64,000 nucleotides of DNA, taken from positions 4,157 to 68,156 of the forward strand of contig PXOU01000019.1 in the NCBI GenBank assembly GCA_003022365.1, read 5' to 3'. This document shows positions 31,737 through 42,327 of the stretch, piece by piece. The notes under the pieces were generated by a model. It ran no database searches and had not been told where the DNA came from. It saw nothing but the letters and a program-made list of their open reading frames with translations. Position 1 is the first letter of the stretch, and every line of letters starts with the position of its first letter. Position numbers and translations under genes: made by a program. Origin of the DNA: Candidatus Saccharibacteria bacterium QS_5_54_17. Its GTDB lineage: Bacteria > Patescibacteriota > Saccharimonadia > QS-5-54-17.

Positions 31737-32574
31737 AGGATTGGGGCGGGGGTTCGATTCTCTGATACCGACTGAAGTAGAACAGGAATTTGATCCGGCT
31801 CCCGCCGAGACGGATGATATCGACCGCATCGACGTCAACTCCATCGATCCTAACCCGCATCAACCCCGGGATGGGTTTAATCAAAAGGAACTCGAGGCGC
31901 TGGCGGATTCCATTGGGGAACACGGCATCCTGCAACCGCTGGTCGTCCAAGCCGTGGATGGGCGTTATCAATTAATTGCCGGCGAACGCCGTCTGCGGGC
32001 TGCCGAATCTATCGGGCTGGAAACCGTACCGGCCATCATACGGAGTTTCGACGAACAACAATCGCTCGAGCTGTCCTTGATCGAAAACATCCAACGCGAA
32101 CAACTCAACGCCATAGAAACGGCCGCGGCCTATCAGAAACTGCTGGATCAATTCAATCTGACTAGTGCCGATATAGCCAAACGGGTCGGCCGGGATGAGA
32201 CGACGGTCAAAAACACGCTCCGGCTGCTTAGATTACCCACCGACGCCAAGCATGCGCTGGTAGCTGGGAGCATCAGTGAGGGGCATGCCCGTGCCATTTT
32301 GAGCATTAGCAATGGGGAGCAGCAGGCGGAACTGTTGCGCAATATCATCCACAACGAATGGACGGTTCGCCGGGCTGAAGAATTTGCTCGTGACGTCAGA
32401 GCTAAGCGCAGCGCCCCCTCCCAAGTCACTTCAGAAACGGAAGCTACCAAACAACTGGGCGCCAAGCTGGATACCAAAGTCCAGTTGCAGCGTCGGGCCC
32501 ATGGGGGGCGCGTCATGATCCACTACCAGGATGATGAAGATTTACAGCGGATTCTCGATCGCTTGTCCGGGTAG
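31723..32574 (+). CDS. parB: Chromosome partitioning protein ParB/Spo0J
   Basis: KGLGRG, AGERRLRA, LIENIQRE. Confidence 0.97.
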   Translation: MSKNKGLGRGFDSLIPTEVEQEFDPAPAETDDIDRIDVNSIDPNPHQPRDGFNQKELEALADSIGEHGILQPLVVQAVDGRYQLIAGERRLRAAESIGLETVPAIIRSFDEQQSLELSLIENIQREQLNAIETAAAYQKLLDQFNLTSADIAKRVGRDETTVKNTLRLLRLPTDAKHALVAGSISEGHARAILSISNGEQQAELLRNIIHNEWTVRRAEEFARDVRAKRSAPSQVTSETEATKQLGAKLDTKVQLQRRAHGGRVMIHYQDDEDLQRILDRLSG

Positions 32575-32633
32575 CAACATCGGCAAGTCGATATACAGAT
32601 TGCGCGAGGGGTAAGTATCGAAAAGGTTGCTGG

Positions 32634-33221
32634 TTAAAAGGTTTCGAGGTTGGTCGCTGGCCATAGGCGTAACACCAGGGAACCGACTACATTTTCGGTG
32701 GGCACAGTGCCCAGGCGATTGCGTGAATCGGATGAGCCGCTGCTCTGGCGGTTGTCACCGACTACGAAGATATGTTCAGCCGGCACTTCGGTTTCAATGC
32801 TGCCCGATACGCGGGTGGGGGGAACCTCGAGGGCGGCATAGGGATCGAACCCTTCCGGGTGCCCTTGATTAAATACCCTCAGTTCTCCGTTTTCTACCAC
32901 CACCCGTTCTCCGGGCAATCCGATCACCCGTTTAATCAACCGCGGACTGTCAGCTGGGTCCATGACGACAATGTCGCCGCGTTCGGGGAGGTACGACTCG
33001 TCCTGTAAGTAATACCAGGTTGACTCCAGTTTGGAAATGATCAGGTAATCCCCGTCCTGTAGGGTCGGTTCCATGCTTTGGCCGTACACCTGGAACGGCT
33101 TCAAAACGAAGGCCTGCAGCAGGATGGCAGCGGTGATCGCCACCACCCAGGCAATCACAAACTTCAGGAAAGAAAAGTCGCGTGGTTTGGATTGATTCTG
33201 GGAAGCCGGGTTATGGTCCAT
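32634..33221 (-). CDS. lepB: Signal peptidase I
   Basis: SMEPTL, IKRVIGLPG, GDNR..S.DSR. Confidence 0.96.
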   Translation of the reverse strand: MDHNPASQNQSKPRDFSFLKFVIAWVVAITAAILLQAFVLKPFQVYGQSMEPTLQDGDYLIISKLESTWYYLQDESYLPERGDIVVMDPADSPRLIKRVIGLPGERVVVENGELRVFNQGHPEGFDPYAALEVPPTRVSGSIETEVPAEHIFVVGDNRQSSGSSDSRNRLGTVPTENVVGSLVLRLWPATNLETF

Positions 33222-33315
33222 AACTACACCAGTATAGCAGGAATTGGGCGGTTATTCATCGATGTTGTCTCCGGTTGGCTGCCTGCCTGGTTTTAGGGTA
33301 TACTAACTCCTAGTT

Positions 33316-34848
33316 ATGCACGAATCGCGCCCCGGTAGCTCAATCGATGGCATGTCGCCTCGGCGGCCGCCCGGCTCAAATGCTTCAAACCACCCGCCCC
33401 AGCAGCCGGTAGCCTCTCAGGAAAAAACAGCTGCGGAGGCGTATGGGGAGCAGCGAGGACATACCCAAGAGGAAGCGATTGCGGAAACCGATCTCCACCT
33501 AACCGGCGAGACTTCGAGCAAACATGGCAACCGCAAAAGCGGGAAAGGGCGTCCTCGCAGCCCCCGATTCCTCACCTGGCGGAAGGTGATGCTGGCGGCC
33601 GGTTTGCTTATATTGGCGCTGTTAGCGGCCGGTGCCGTGGCGTTTTGGCACGTACAAAGCAACTTGATCGTCAACAATTTAGACGGCGGGGCTGCCTTAC
33701 TACAGGAGGATACCGACCCAAGCATGTTGGACGGAGAAGGTGACGGGCGGATTAACGCGCTTTTGATCGGTATTGACGAGAAGAGCGGACTGGCGGATTC
33801 GATTATACTGGCTAGTTTCGATCCGATCGGGAAGGACGTGGTACTACTCAGCATCCCGCGCGATTTGTATCTGGAGACCGACAATTTCGGGCCGGAGAAA
33901 ATTAACGCTGCCCATGCCTACGGCCAGCGGTATGGCTATCAAGGTGGAGGCCCGGAATTGCTGAAAGATACAGTCAGCACCGTCACGGGCGTGCCGATTC
34001 ATTATTATGGCCGGGTGGATTTTTCCGGCTTCAAACAAGCAGTCAACATAATCGAGGGTATTACGGTGAATGTAGAGCAGCCTATCCACGATCCCTATTA
34101 TCCGGACCAGACCCGAACCGGGTATGAACCCCTGCATCTGGAGGCCGGCAAGCAGCATATGGACGGCAAGCAAGCCCTGCGGTATGTTCGCTCCCGTAAA
34201 ACGACCAGCGACTTTGACCGGAGCCGGCGACAACAAAAAGTCCTTATGGCGCTGCGCGAGAAAGTATTATCACGCGGGACACTCGCCAACCCCAATAAAG
34301 TCACCGGGTTATTGCAAACCTTGAGCGGCAACGCCGAGACCAATATGAGCGTAGATGAGATCATGCGGCTACGTGAACTCAGCCGGGACGTCACCCGGGA
34401 TGATATTAAGCGCGTCCAACTTGATACTTCCCAGAATAACTACTTATCGTTCAGCAATGTCCACGGGCAGTCGGTGCTGGTTCCTTCGGCCGGTGATTTC
34501 AGCGAGATTCAAGCCTATGTGCGCACCTTGATGGTCGATAGTTACATCAAAAGCGAGGCGGCTAAAGTCAGCGTGCTCAACGGCACTACCCGAGCCGGGT
34601 TGGCGAGGGAAACGGCAGATTTACTCCGGAGTTACGGATACGATGTGGTAAATGTCGACAACGCATCCAATCAGAAATACACCCAGACCGTGATTTTTAA
34701 CCATTCCGGTGATGAAAACCCTTACACACTACGATATTTGGAAAAACGGTTCGGCGCCGCCGCCAAGCGCCGCCGATCTACCGGGCAAAACAGCGCCTAC
34801 GATATAGAGATCGTACTCGGTAGAGATTATGAACCGAATGCTGAATAA
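33316..34848 (+). CDS. LCP-family cell-wall phosphotransferase with LytR_C domain
   Basis: SIPRDL, KINAA, DFDRSRRQQ, VLNGT. Confidence 0.93.
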   Translation: MHESRPGSSIDGMSPRRPPGSNASNHPPQQPVASQEKTAAEAYGEQRGHTQEEAIAETDLHLTGETSSKHGNRKSGKGRPRSPRFLTWRKVMLAAGLLILALLAAGAVAFWHVQSNLIVNNLDGGAALLQEDTDPSMLDGEGDGRINALLIGIDEKSGLADSIILASFDPIGKDVVLLSIPRDLYLETDNFGPEKINAAHAYGQRYGYQGGGPELLKDTVSTVTGVPIHYYGRVDFSGFKQAVNIIEGITVNVEQPIHDPYYPDQTRTGYEPLHLEAGKQHMDGKQALRYVRSRKTTSDFDRSRRQQKVLMALREKVLSRGTLANPNKVTGLLQTLSGNAETNMSVDEIMRLRELSRDVTRDDIKRVQLDTSQNNYLSFSNVHGQSVLVPSAGDFSEIQAYVRTLMVDSYIKSEAAKVSVLNGTTRAGLARETADLLRSYGYDVVNVDNASNQKYTQTVIFNHSGDENPYTLRYLEKRFGAAAKRRRSTGQNSAYDIEIVLGRDYEPNAE

Positions 34849-35531
34849 ACTCCGCGTCAGCCGCCCGCAGTGGCAGATTATCCGGCTGGGCCTCAGCGTC
34901 GGGCTCATACTGGCGGTTCTGTATCTGGTTCAGGCCGGTTTGACGTTGATCGCGGTGTTGCTTGTCTTGGCAAGTAAATGGCAAATCATACGCGGCGGGC
35001 CGCGACTCTGGATCCATAATTTTTGGGACAACATCGTCGACATCATATTCGTACTCAGCATCATAGCTTTGCTGGAGGTGTATAGCGGGACTAATATATC
35101 CCTCCTGCAACTGGGCATTGTCGGACTGTATCTGGCCTGGCAGATTCTTATAAAGCCGCACGCGGGCATTCTGGGCCATAGCATACAGGCCTTGTTAACC
35201 ATGGTGTTGGCGATTTCGGTTATTTTTTTGATGAAGTCGCCTATCGGCATAGCCGGCATGATTATACTTGCCTGGATTGTGGCGGCGGGGGGCCGCCCAA
35301 ACAGTATGGCTGCTGGGGCATTGGCTGGTATTCTACCCATTTTGGGGAGGAAGGGTATTATTTCCCCAGGCGATGCTGGTGATTGTGGCCATGGGGTACA
35401 TATTTGGTATCATATACTTTGACCACCATCAGAAACGGTTAAGCCGGAAACGACTGTATTCCTATTTGGGTTTGATGGCGGTGATCATTCTGGTACTAAT
35501 CACGGGGAGCGAATGGGTCTCCCGCGTATAA
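34829..35531 (+). pseudogene. Multi-TM membrane protein split by a +1 frameshift near 35287-35292
   Basis: Two overlapping hydrophobic ORFs (34829-35422, 35268-35531) switch frame at a G6 run. Confidence 0.6.
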
Positions 35532-35544
35532 AAAGTCTAGGGGG

Positions 35545-36669
35545 TTGTTGGTGCGCTTGCGACATTTCGGTTGGGCAATTTTTATACTGGTAGTAACGTC
35601 ATTCTTCGGCGGTTTGATCGGGGGTTTCCTGGGCGTCGGCGTACTGGACGATATGCTGTTTACCTCCCCGAACAATGAGCAAGTTACGGTGCAGGAAAGC
35701 TCGGTTGTTACCAAAGTCGCCCAAGAACTGCGCCCCAGCGTCGTCAGCATCGAAACCAAAAAGCCGCCCCGCTTTGATGTCTTCGGGCGCGAGTTCGAAC
35801 GCCGGAGCGGATCGGCCACCGGTGTTGTCGTCTCCCACGAGGGGATTGTGTTGACCAACAAACATGTGGTGCCCCAAGAAAGCGAAATTACCATCCGGAA
35901 CCATCAAGGCAAGACCTACGAGGACGTAGAGGTCATAGATCGGGACCCGATTAACGACATCGCCTTTTTGCAGATAAACACGGATGGGGACTTACAACCG
36001 GCGGAGCTTGGCGATTCGGGGCAAGTGGAGGTCGGGCAGCGGGTCATTGCCATCGGTAACGCGCTGGGCGAATTCAGCAATACGGTAACTTCGGGTATTA
36101 TTTCCGGGCTCGGCCGGCCGGTCACGGCGGCGGGCACCGGCTCCCAAGTAGCCCAACTGCAAGGATTGCTGCAAACTGATGCCGCTATCAATCAAGGCAA
36201 TTCCGGCGGTCCCCTGGTTAATATCGCCGGCCAGGTGATAGGGATAAACACTGCCATAGCCGGGAATGCCGAAAATATCGGCTTCGCCATTCCCGTCAAC
36301 CAGGTCAAATCCGGACTGGAAAGCGTCCAGCAAGAGGGACGGATAATCAAGCCATTCCTTGGCGTTCGCTACATCATGGTTAACCAACAAGTCGTCCAGA
36401 GAGCGGATTTAGACGTAAGCCAGGGCGCCTATCTGCCTGAAGACGGCAAACCCTCCGTCATCTCCGGCAGCCCGGCCGATAAAGCGGGTATCAAACCCGG
36501 CGATGTGATTACCGCCATCGGCGGAGAAAAGATTTCCCGGCAAGATAACAACCTGGCATTGCTGATTAACCAACGTGACGTGGGAGAGGCGGTGCAGGTT
36601 TCACTGGTGCGCGATGGTGAAGAGCAGACAGTGGAAGTAACGCTCGAGGAAGCGCCCCAAGACCTGTAG
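35545..36669 (+). CDS. htrA: HtrA/DegP-family serine protease with one PDZ domain
   Basis: TNKHV, QTDAAINQGNSGGPL; start uncertain. Confidence 0.93.
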   Translation: MLVRLRHFGWAIFILVVTSFFGGLIGGFLGVGVLDDMLFTSPNNEQVTVQESSVVTKVAQELRPSVVSIETKKPPRFDVFGREFERRSGSATGVVVSHEGIVLTNKHVVPQESEITIRNHQGKTYEDVEVIDRDPINDIAFLQINTDGDLQPAELGDSGQVEVGQRVIAIGNALGEFSNTVTSGIISGLGRPVTAAGTGSQVAQLQGLLQTDAAINQGNSGGPLVNIAGQVIGINTAIAGNAENIGFAIPVNQVKSGLESVQQEGRIIKPFLGVRYIMVNQQVVQRADLDVSQGAYLPEDGKPSVISGSPADKAGIKPGDVITAIGGEKISRQDNNLALLINQRDVGEAVQVSLVRDGEEQTVEVTLEEAPQDL

Positions 36670-36830
36670 CAAAAATTACCAGGTGGGAAGGGTTTCCATA
36701 CTTTTTCCTCGCTCTCCCGCTAGTGCTCCTGAATTGTTTACATTCCCTCGGGGCGAGTGATTTTTTGAGTTCCGCCCCACGCGGCCTTAGTTTTTCATCC
36801 TGCCCGGCAGTGATCACGGCAGCGTTTAAT

Positions 36831-37652
36831 TTATATATCAAGCTCCAGGGCAAGCATGAACTGCTCTTCCTGAAGCAGACGGAACCCGGATTGTTGGCCG
36901 GCAGCGATGAGCCGGGGGTGTTGCCACGGCTCTGCCTCGATTGCCAGCAGACCGAAAGAGGAGACATAGTCCGCTGCCTGCCCCAGGAAATCTCGATATA
37001 TTTCTAACCCGTCACGGCCGCCACCATCCAACGCCAGCGAGGGTTCCTGTTCTGCTTCCGCCGAGCTTGCAATAGGTGGCTTCAGGTAGGGAAGATTGGC
37101 CACGATAACATCGAACCAACCATCGATGTTGTCGAACAAATCACTGTTTACCAGCTGTATTTTTGCCTGATGTTGCCGCCCGTTATGCCGGGCGGTTTCT
37201 AAAGCTTGGGATGAAATATCGCTGGCAGTAACGTCTAAGTCGGGGCGGGTGTTTTTAATGGCGACCGCCAGTGAGCCGCTGCCAGTTCCCATATCCAGGA
37301 CCCGGGCATTATCCGGGGCGGTTTCCAGTGTGTAGGCAACCAGTGCTTCCGATTCGGGCCGGGGGATCATCACCTCGCCAGTCACCTCAAAAGTGAGGCC
37401 ATAAAACGCTTTTTCCCCGGTTAAATAGGCAACTGGCACCCCGGCAGCTCGCTGCTGGAGCAACGCCTGGAAGGTCTCCTTGGTGGAGCGGTCCAATATG
37501 TGCTCCAGCGGTTCATCAGCCCGCGCATGCAGCCATTCACGCGGTTTCCCGGTTATGTATTCCAGCAAGACCATAACGTCCAGTTCGGGGGTAGCGGTCG
37601 CCTGTTGGGGTAAGCGTCCTCGGGCCCGGGACAGGTAGGCTTCCAGCTTCAC
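36831..37652 (-). CDS. prmC: Release factor glutamine methyltransferase
   Basis: IPRPESE, DMGTGSG, NLPY, ALDGG; downstream of prfA. Confidence 0.95.
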   Translation of the reverse strand: MKLEAYLSRARGRLPQQATATPELDVMVLLEYITGKPREWLHARADEPLEHILDRSTKETFQALLQQRAAGVPVAYLTGEKAFYGLTFEVTGEVMIPRPESEALVAYTLETAPDNARVLDMGTGSGSLAVAIKNTRPDLDVTASDISSQALETARHNGRQHQAKIQLVNSDLFDNIDGWFDVIVANLPYLKPPIASSAEAEQEPSLALDGGGRDGLEIYRDFLGQAADYVSSFGLLAIEAEPWQHPRLIAAGQQSGFRLLQEEQFMLALELDI

Positions 37653-38704
37653 GACTGCTTCCGGTTTTCGGCGTCGGCCGAGTGCAGGGCGTCCAATATG
37701 GAGTCGATATCGCCCTCCATGATGGAGGGAAGATTGTGCCAGTTGGTATTGATGCGGTGGTCGGTCAATCGGTCCTGGGGAAAGTTATAGGTTCGGATTT
37801 TTTCCGACCGGTCACCGGTACCGATCTGGCTCTGGCGTTGGGCGGCCCGCTGGCGTTGCTCTTCTTCGATCCGGGCGGCCAACAAGCGTGAACGGAGTAC
37901 GCTCAAGGCTTTGGCCCGGTTTTTATGTTGGCTTTTCTCGTCCTGGCATGCCACTGTAGTGCCGGTAGGCAGATGGGTGATGCGGACGGCCGAGTCGGTG
38001 GTGTTGACCGATTGCCCGCCCGGCCCGCTCGCCCGGTAGGTATCGATGCGGAGGTCAGAATCATTAATCTCTACCTCGTGTTCCTCAGCTTCGGGCAGCA
38101 CGGCGATGGAAGCAGTCGAGGTGTGAATGCGGCCGCCGGATTCGGTATCAGGCACTCGCTGCACCCGGTGTACACCGGATTCGAACTTCAACCGGCCATA
38201 GGCGCCCCTGGCGCGAATACCAAAGCTGATCTCTTTAAAACCGCCGATGTCGGAGGTGCTTTGGTTTATAATTTCAATCGGCCATCCCCTATATTCACAA
38301 TACCGGGCGTACATGCGGTATAACTCACCAGCGAACAGAGAGGCTTCTTCGCCGCCGGCTCCGGCGCGGATCTCGACCACGGCCGCTTTATCGTCCCGGG
38401 GATCTTTGGGAATCAAAGCCTGTTCTAACTTGTGCTCGGCTTCCTGTAACTGAGTGTTTAAGTCTTCATATTCGGTTCGGGCCACGGTCGCTATCTCTTC
38501 ATCACCGGAGTCAATCAGTTCTTTGGTTTCCGCCACGCGCTCCCCGAGTGAGTCAACCTGTTGGAACAGGTTCATAATTTCCTGCAGTTCGCCGTGGCGT
38601 TTGGCGACTTTTTTCCCTTCAGAAGTGTTGTAAATATCGGGATCTTGTAGTTTTTGGGTCAGTTCTTGGTACTCCGCCTCGAGTTCCGTCCGCTTATCAT
38701 CCAT
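37649..38704 (-). CDS. prfA: Peptide chain release factor 1
   Basis: PDT recognition loop, [15 protein letters not shown]. Confidence 0.98.
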   Translation of the reverse strand: MDDKRTELEAEYQELTQKLQDPDIYNTSEGKKVAKRHGELQEIMNLFQQVDSLGERVAETKELIDSGDEEIATVARTEYEDLNTQLQEAEHKLEQALIPKDPRDDKAAVVEIRAGAGGEEASLFAGELYRMYARYCEYRGWPIEIINQSTSDIGGFKEISFGIRARGAYGRLKFESGVHRVQRVPDTESGGRIHTSTASIAVLPEAEEHEVEINDSDLRIDTYRASGPGGQSVNTTDSAVRITHLPTGTTVACQDEKSQHKNRAKALSVLRSRLLAARIEEEQRQRAAQRQSQIGTGDRSEKIRTYNFPQDRLTDHRINTNWHNLPSIMEGDIDSILDALHSADAENRKQS

Positions 38705-38752
38705 ACAATCTCCCCTCACCCGCCAGGATTATCCATCCACACCTTCCGGCGC

Positions 38753-39094
38753 CTATTCGGGGGTATTCTCCTGGTTATCCTTCAAATCCGTGAGTTTTTT
38801 CTGGTTCCGGGTTTCGGAAGACGTCTCAGCCGAGTCAGCTTGTTCTTTGGCTGCTTTTTGCTCCTGCTTTTTCCGCCGGTCTGTCTTTTGGGCGGCTGCC
38901 TCCTGGTGGGCACGGAATCGATCGACGCGGCCGGCGACATCAACCAGCTTTTGCTTGCCGGTGTAGAATGGGTGGCACTCGGCGCAAATTTCGACCTCGA
39001 TGTTGCTGGTCGTCGCCCGGGTTTGGAACGTATTTCCGCAGCCGTGGCACTCGACCGTCGCTTCCACGTAATCAGGATGTATACCTTGCTTCAT
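38753..39094 (-). CDS. rpmE: 50S ribosomal protein L31 with C-terminal extension
   Basis: [23 protein letters not shown]. Confidence 0.97.
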   Translation of the reverse strand: MKQGIHPDYVEATVECHGCGNTFQTRATTSNIEVEICAECHPFYTGKQKLVDVAGRVDRFRAHQEAAAQKTDRRKKQEQKAAKEQADSAETSSETRNQKKLTDLKDNQENTPE

Positions 39095-39112
39095 AACCCG
39101 TATACTATAACG

Positions 39113-40157
39113 TCAATAGGGGGAGGGGTCAAGCAAAATAAGAAGTAAGCAGCAGGAAGTAAGAAGTAAGTGGGAAACGGGGAGTAGACGGTAGATGGTG
39201 AGTTTCACCAGGTTGTTCCTGTTGGGTCGTAAGGTAACGGCAGGATCTGACCTGAATATATCACGGCGGTATTCATACCACGAACACACGGTCTCGTAAC
39301 TGGTCCGCCACCCCAGCGCCCGGTGTCGTTTCCGGTAGTTGTGATACAGCACATAAGCATCGATACATGCTTCGGCTTGGAAGTAGTCCGCCAGATGGTG
39401 ATACTGGGTCGTATTGGTCTTGATCTGTTTGACGGTATTCTCGGCCAGTCCGTTGGTCCAGGGGTGCCTGAACTGAGTCAAACGATGCGCTATGCCCAGA
39501 CTTTGACAGTAGGCGGTGAAGTCGGCCGTCTTCCTGGCTCCGCCCCGGCTCTTGGCATACCACCGGTTGGTAAAACAGCCGCCATTGTCGGTTAGGATAG
39601 TCGCCACGGTAAAGGGCAGCTCCCGCTCCAGGCGCCGGAGGAAGTCGATCGAGTTGGCTTTGCTCATACTGTCGTAGAAACCGACCACCAGCCACCTGGT
39701 GGCCCGGTCGATGGCTAAAATGCAGTAGCGTCTCTTACCCTCCAGCCGGGGCAGGTAGAACCAGTCGATATGGATGAAGCCCGGGGCGTAGGGCTTGAAC
39801 TGCCCGGTTCCCGGTTCGTCCCCCGGGTAAACGCCCCAAGTCGTGTCTGTGTAGCGTCCGGTAGGTATTACTACGGGTGCAATGGGGTAGGTACCGGTTG
39901 ACTTCCTGCCATATATTGTCCAGTGGCAGCCGGGCACGGCGCAGGAACAGAATCAGCCGCTGTTCCTCATCGTCCAACGCGTAGTGGACGGTACCGGGCC
40001 GGGAGCTGACGTCGTGGACGTCCTCCCGGCGGCGCCACTTCCGGACGGTTTTCTCCGTGACCATGAGTTGGTCGGCCAGTGTCGCGACAGACAGATCGCT
40101 ATCTTTTACCAATGTCCGTTGATTGATATTGGTAACGGCATTACTATGATATTGCAT
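39113..40157 (-). pseudogene. IS481-family DDE transposase, frameshifted near 39820-39824
   Basis: HTH N-terminus (HSNAVT, TVRKWRRR) and integrase core (PGFIHID, LTDNG, PWTNGLAE) in different frames. Confidence 0.85.
39137..39195. repeat. Degenerate 7-nt purine-rich tandem tract (continues 40252-40300)
   Basis: AATAAGA AGTAAGC AGCAGGA AGTAAGA AGTAAGT ... AGACAGC AGACAGA AGAAAGA. Confidence 0.6.
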
Positions 40158-40251
40158 ACGGTAGCTCCTTTCGTTATTGGTTACTATTTTTAACGATACT
40201 ACCGTATGCCTTAATTAACCTGTCAACGGAATAACGTGGTGAAACTTTCCA
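39196..40251 (-). mobile_element. IS481-family insertion sequence (1056 bp)
   Basis: TG...CA ends; 24-bp IRs TGGTGAGTTTCACCAGGTTGTTCC / TGGAAAGTTTCACCACGTTATTCC (20/24); 6-bp direct repeat GGTAGA at 39190-39195 and 40252-40257. Confidence 0.9.
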
Positions 40252-40308
40252 GGTAGACAGCAGACAGAAGAAAGAAAACAGGGAGTGACAAGCAACAGAC
40301 TCTGAACC

Positions 40309-40558
40309 TGTCATCCTGAACTTGTTTCAGGATCTGTTTATAGCTGATTCCGAAACTGATCCCGGATCACTTCGACCTTGCTCAGTGCGGGCGGGGTCCG
40401 GGATGACGTCTTCGCAGTGACGAAAAAGAATTGTCATCCTGAACTTGGTTCAGGATCTGTTTCAGAACTGGATTCCGAAACAAGTTCCTACCGGCAAGGC
40501 AGGTTCGCAGTGACAAAGTGGGGTGTCGTCCCGGATCCCGAACCAAGTTCACAGTGTC
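40309..40558. repeat. Cluster of nested REP-like palindromic elements
   Basis: Two copies of TGTCATCCTGAACTTG(T/G)TTCAGGATCTGTTT...GATTCCGAAAC...TTCGCAGTGAC plus a partial third. Confidence 0.8.
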
Positions 40559-40570
40559 GGGGAGGTGTTT

Positions 40571-40720
40571 ATGCTTGCATTTAGCCCCGAGCGAACGCTA
40601 GTCTATGCTTGTGACATATACCAAAAATTTGCAATTGACAAAGTAATCAGCACAAGCACGTGCATTCCTCCGTCTCGCACGGATATACGCTTGTGTGCCG
40701 GGGAAAGGATGCCGATATGA
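40571..40720 (+). CDS. Putative 49-aa uORF coupled to rpsB
   Basis: GGAGGT SD, ATG 40571, ATGA overlap with rpsB start. Confidence 0.4.
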   Translation: MLAFSPERTLVYACDIYQKFAIDKVISTSTCIPPSRTDIRLCAGERMPI

Positions 40721-41742
40721 GCCAACAAGAAGAAGTTAAATCACTGTTAGAAGCGGGCGCCCATTTCGGCCACCGGACCAGCCGGTGGAATCCCAAAATG
40801 CGGCCGTACATTTACACCGAACGCGGCGGCATTCACATCATTGATCTGGTCCAAACCGCCCAAGCAATGGGTGAAGCGGCCGACTTCGCTCACCGTGTGG
40901 CGAGTGGCGGCGGGCAGATTTTATTCGTGGGGACCAAAAAACATATCGCGCCTGCCATCCAACGCATCGCCCACGATGCCTCTATGCCGTATGTCATCAA
41001 TAGGTGGTTCGGCGGTATCCTGACCAATTTCGACACCATCCTCCGCCGGATCCGTTATTTCAAGAAATTAACCGCCCAACTGGAAAATGACGAATTAAGC
41101 GAAACCTACAACAAGCGGGAAATTACCAAGTTTCAGGAAGAACGGGATAAAATGGCCGCCTCCTTCTCCGGTTTGGCCAACATGGAGGAACTGCCCGGGG
41201 CGTTGTTTATATCGGACGTAAACAACGAAAAAACGGCGGTCCGGGAAGCCAATCGGCTGGGTATTCCGATTATCGCGCTGGTGGACAGCAACTCTGACCC
41301 GGAACCTATCGATTACCCGATCCCGGCCAATGATGATGCCGTCAAAACCGTGTCTTTGATCGCTACTACTATCGCGGAAGCAGCCACCACTGGAGCCAGC
41401 GAGTACGCCTCCGCCGCCAAACAGTCCAAAACCTCCGCCAAGAAAGATTATAAAGATCACAAAGATCAGGCGGCTAAGTCCAAGAATGCTGGGTCGGTAA
41501 CTGAAGACAACACTTCCCAGTCGGATGAGAACCAGTCCAAGCCAACCGATCAGTCAGCAGAAGGAAATTCCCAAGGGGACTCGGCCAATACATCTAAGTC
41601 TGAAGAAGCCGCTTCCCGGTCGAGCAAAACGGCAACCGCGTCCGCCACAAAATCCAAAACCGCCACTTCCGCGGAATCAACCGCTTCCAAGTCGGATGAA
41701 AAGTCGAATAATAGCCAAACAAGGCAGGAGGCTCGCCAATGA
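40717..41742 (+). CDS. rpsB: 30S ribosomal protein S2 with long low-complexity C-tail
   Basis: [27 protein letters not shown]. Confidence 0.99.
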   Translation: MSQQEEVKSLLEAGAHFGHRTSRWNPKMRPYIYTERGGIHIIDLVQTAQAMGEAADFAHRVASGGGQILFVGTKKHIAPAIQRIAHDASMPYVINRWFGGILTNFDTILRRIRYFKKLTAQLENDELSETYNKREITKFQEERDKMAASFSGLANMEELPGALFISDVNNEKTAVREANRLGIPIIALVDSNSDPEPIDYPIPANDDAVKTVSLIATTIAEAATTGASEYASAAKQSKTSAKKDYKDHKDQAAKSKNAGSVTEDNTSQSDENQSKPTDQSAEGNSQGDSANTSKSEEAASRSSKTATASATKSKTATSAESTASKSDEKSNNSQTRQEARQ

Positions 41743-42323
41743 CGATCTCAACCCAAGCTATACAACAACTCCGACAGGCGACTGGGGTGGGTATCATGGA
41801 TGCCAAAAAGGCGCTCCAGGAAGCTGAAGGCGATCACGATAAGGCCATGGAGATTCTCCGCAAGCAGGGCCATGATAAAGCCCAGAAACGGGCTGAACGG
41901 GCCACCGAGTCAGGTATCATCGATACTTACCTGCATATGGGTAAAATCGGCGCCATGGTTATGGTTGAGTGCGAAACCGATTTCGTCGCCCGGACTGATG
42001 AATTTCAGCATTTCGCCCACGATATCGCCATGCATGTGGCAGCTGCCGAGCCGCAGTATATCTCCCCGGATGATGTCCCGGATTCGGTCATAGAGCAGGA
42101 AAAGTCGGTCTACGCGGAAGAAGTGCAGGACAAGCCCGAGCACATCCAAGAACAGGTTATCTCCGGCAAACTGGACAAGTTCTACGAACAAGTCTGCCTG
42201 TATAAGCAACCGTTCATTAAGGACGGGGAGAAAACCATTGAAACTTACTTGGCCGAGCAAATCGCCCAGACGGGAGAGAATATCCGCATAACCGACTTTT
42301 CCCGTATGGAATTAGGGGCCTAA
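41739..42323 (+). CDS. tsf: Elongation factor Ts (short form)
   Basis: [19 protein letters not shown]. Confidence 0.98.
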   Translation: MTISTQAIQQLRQATGVGIMDAKKALQEAEGDHDKAMEILRKQGHDKAQKRAERATESGIIDTYLHMGKIGAMVMVECETDFVARTDEFQHFAHDIAMHVAAAEPQYISPDDVPDSVIEQEKSVYAEEVQDKPEHIQEQVISGKLDKFYEQVCLYKQPFIKDGEKTIETYLAEQIAQTGENIRITDFSRMELGA

Positions 42324-42327
42324 ATTT

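Noticed and set aside
40309-40558. CRISPR array
   Set aside because: Only 2-3 units, spacers are themselves palindromic elements, and no cas genes
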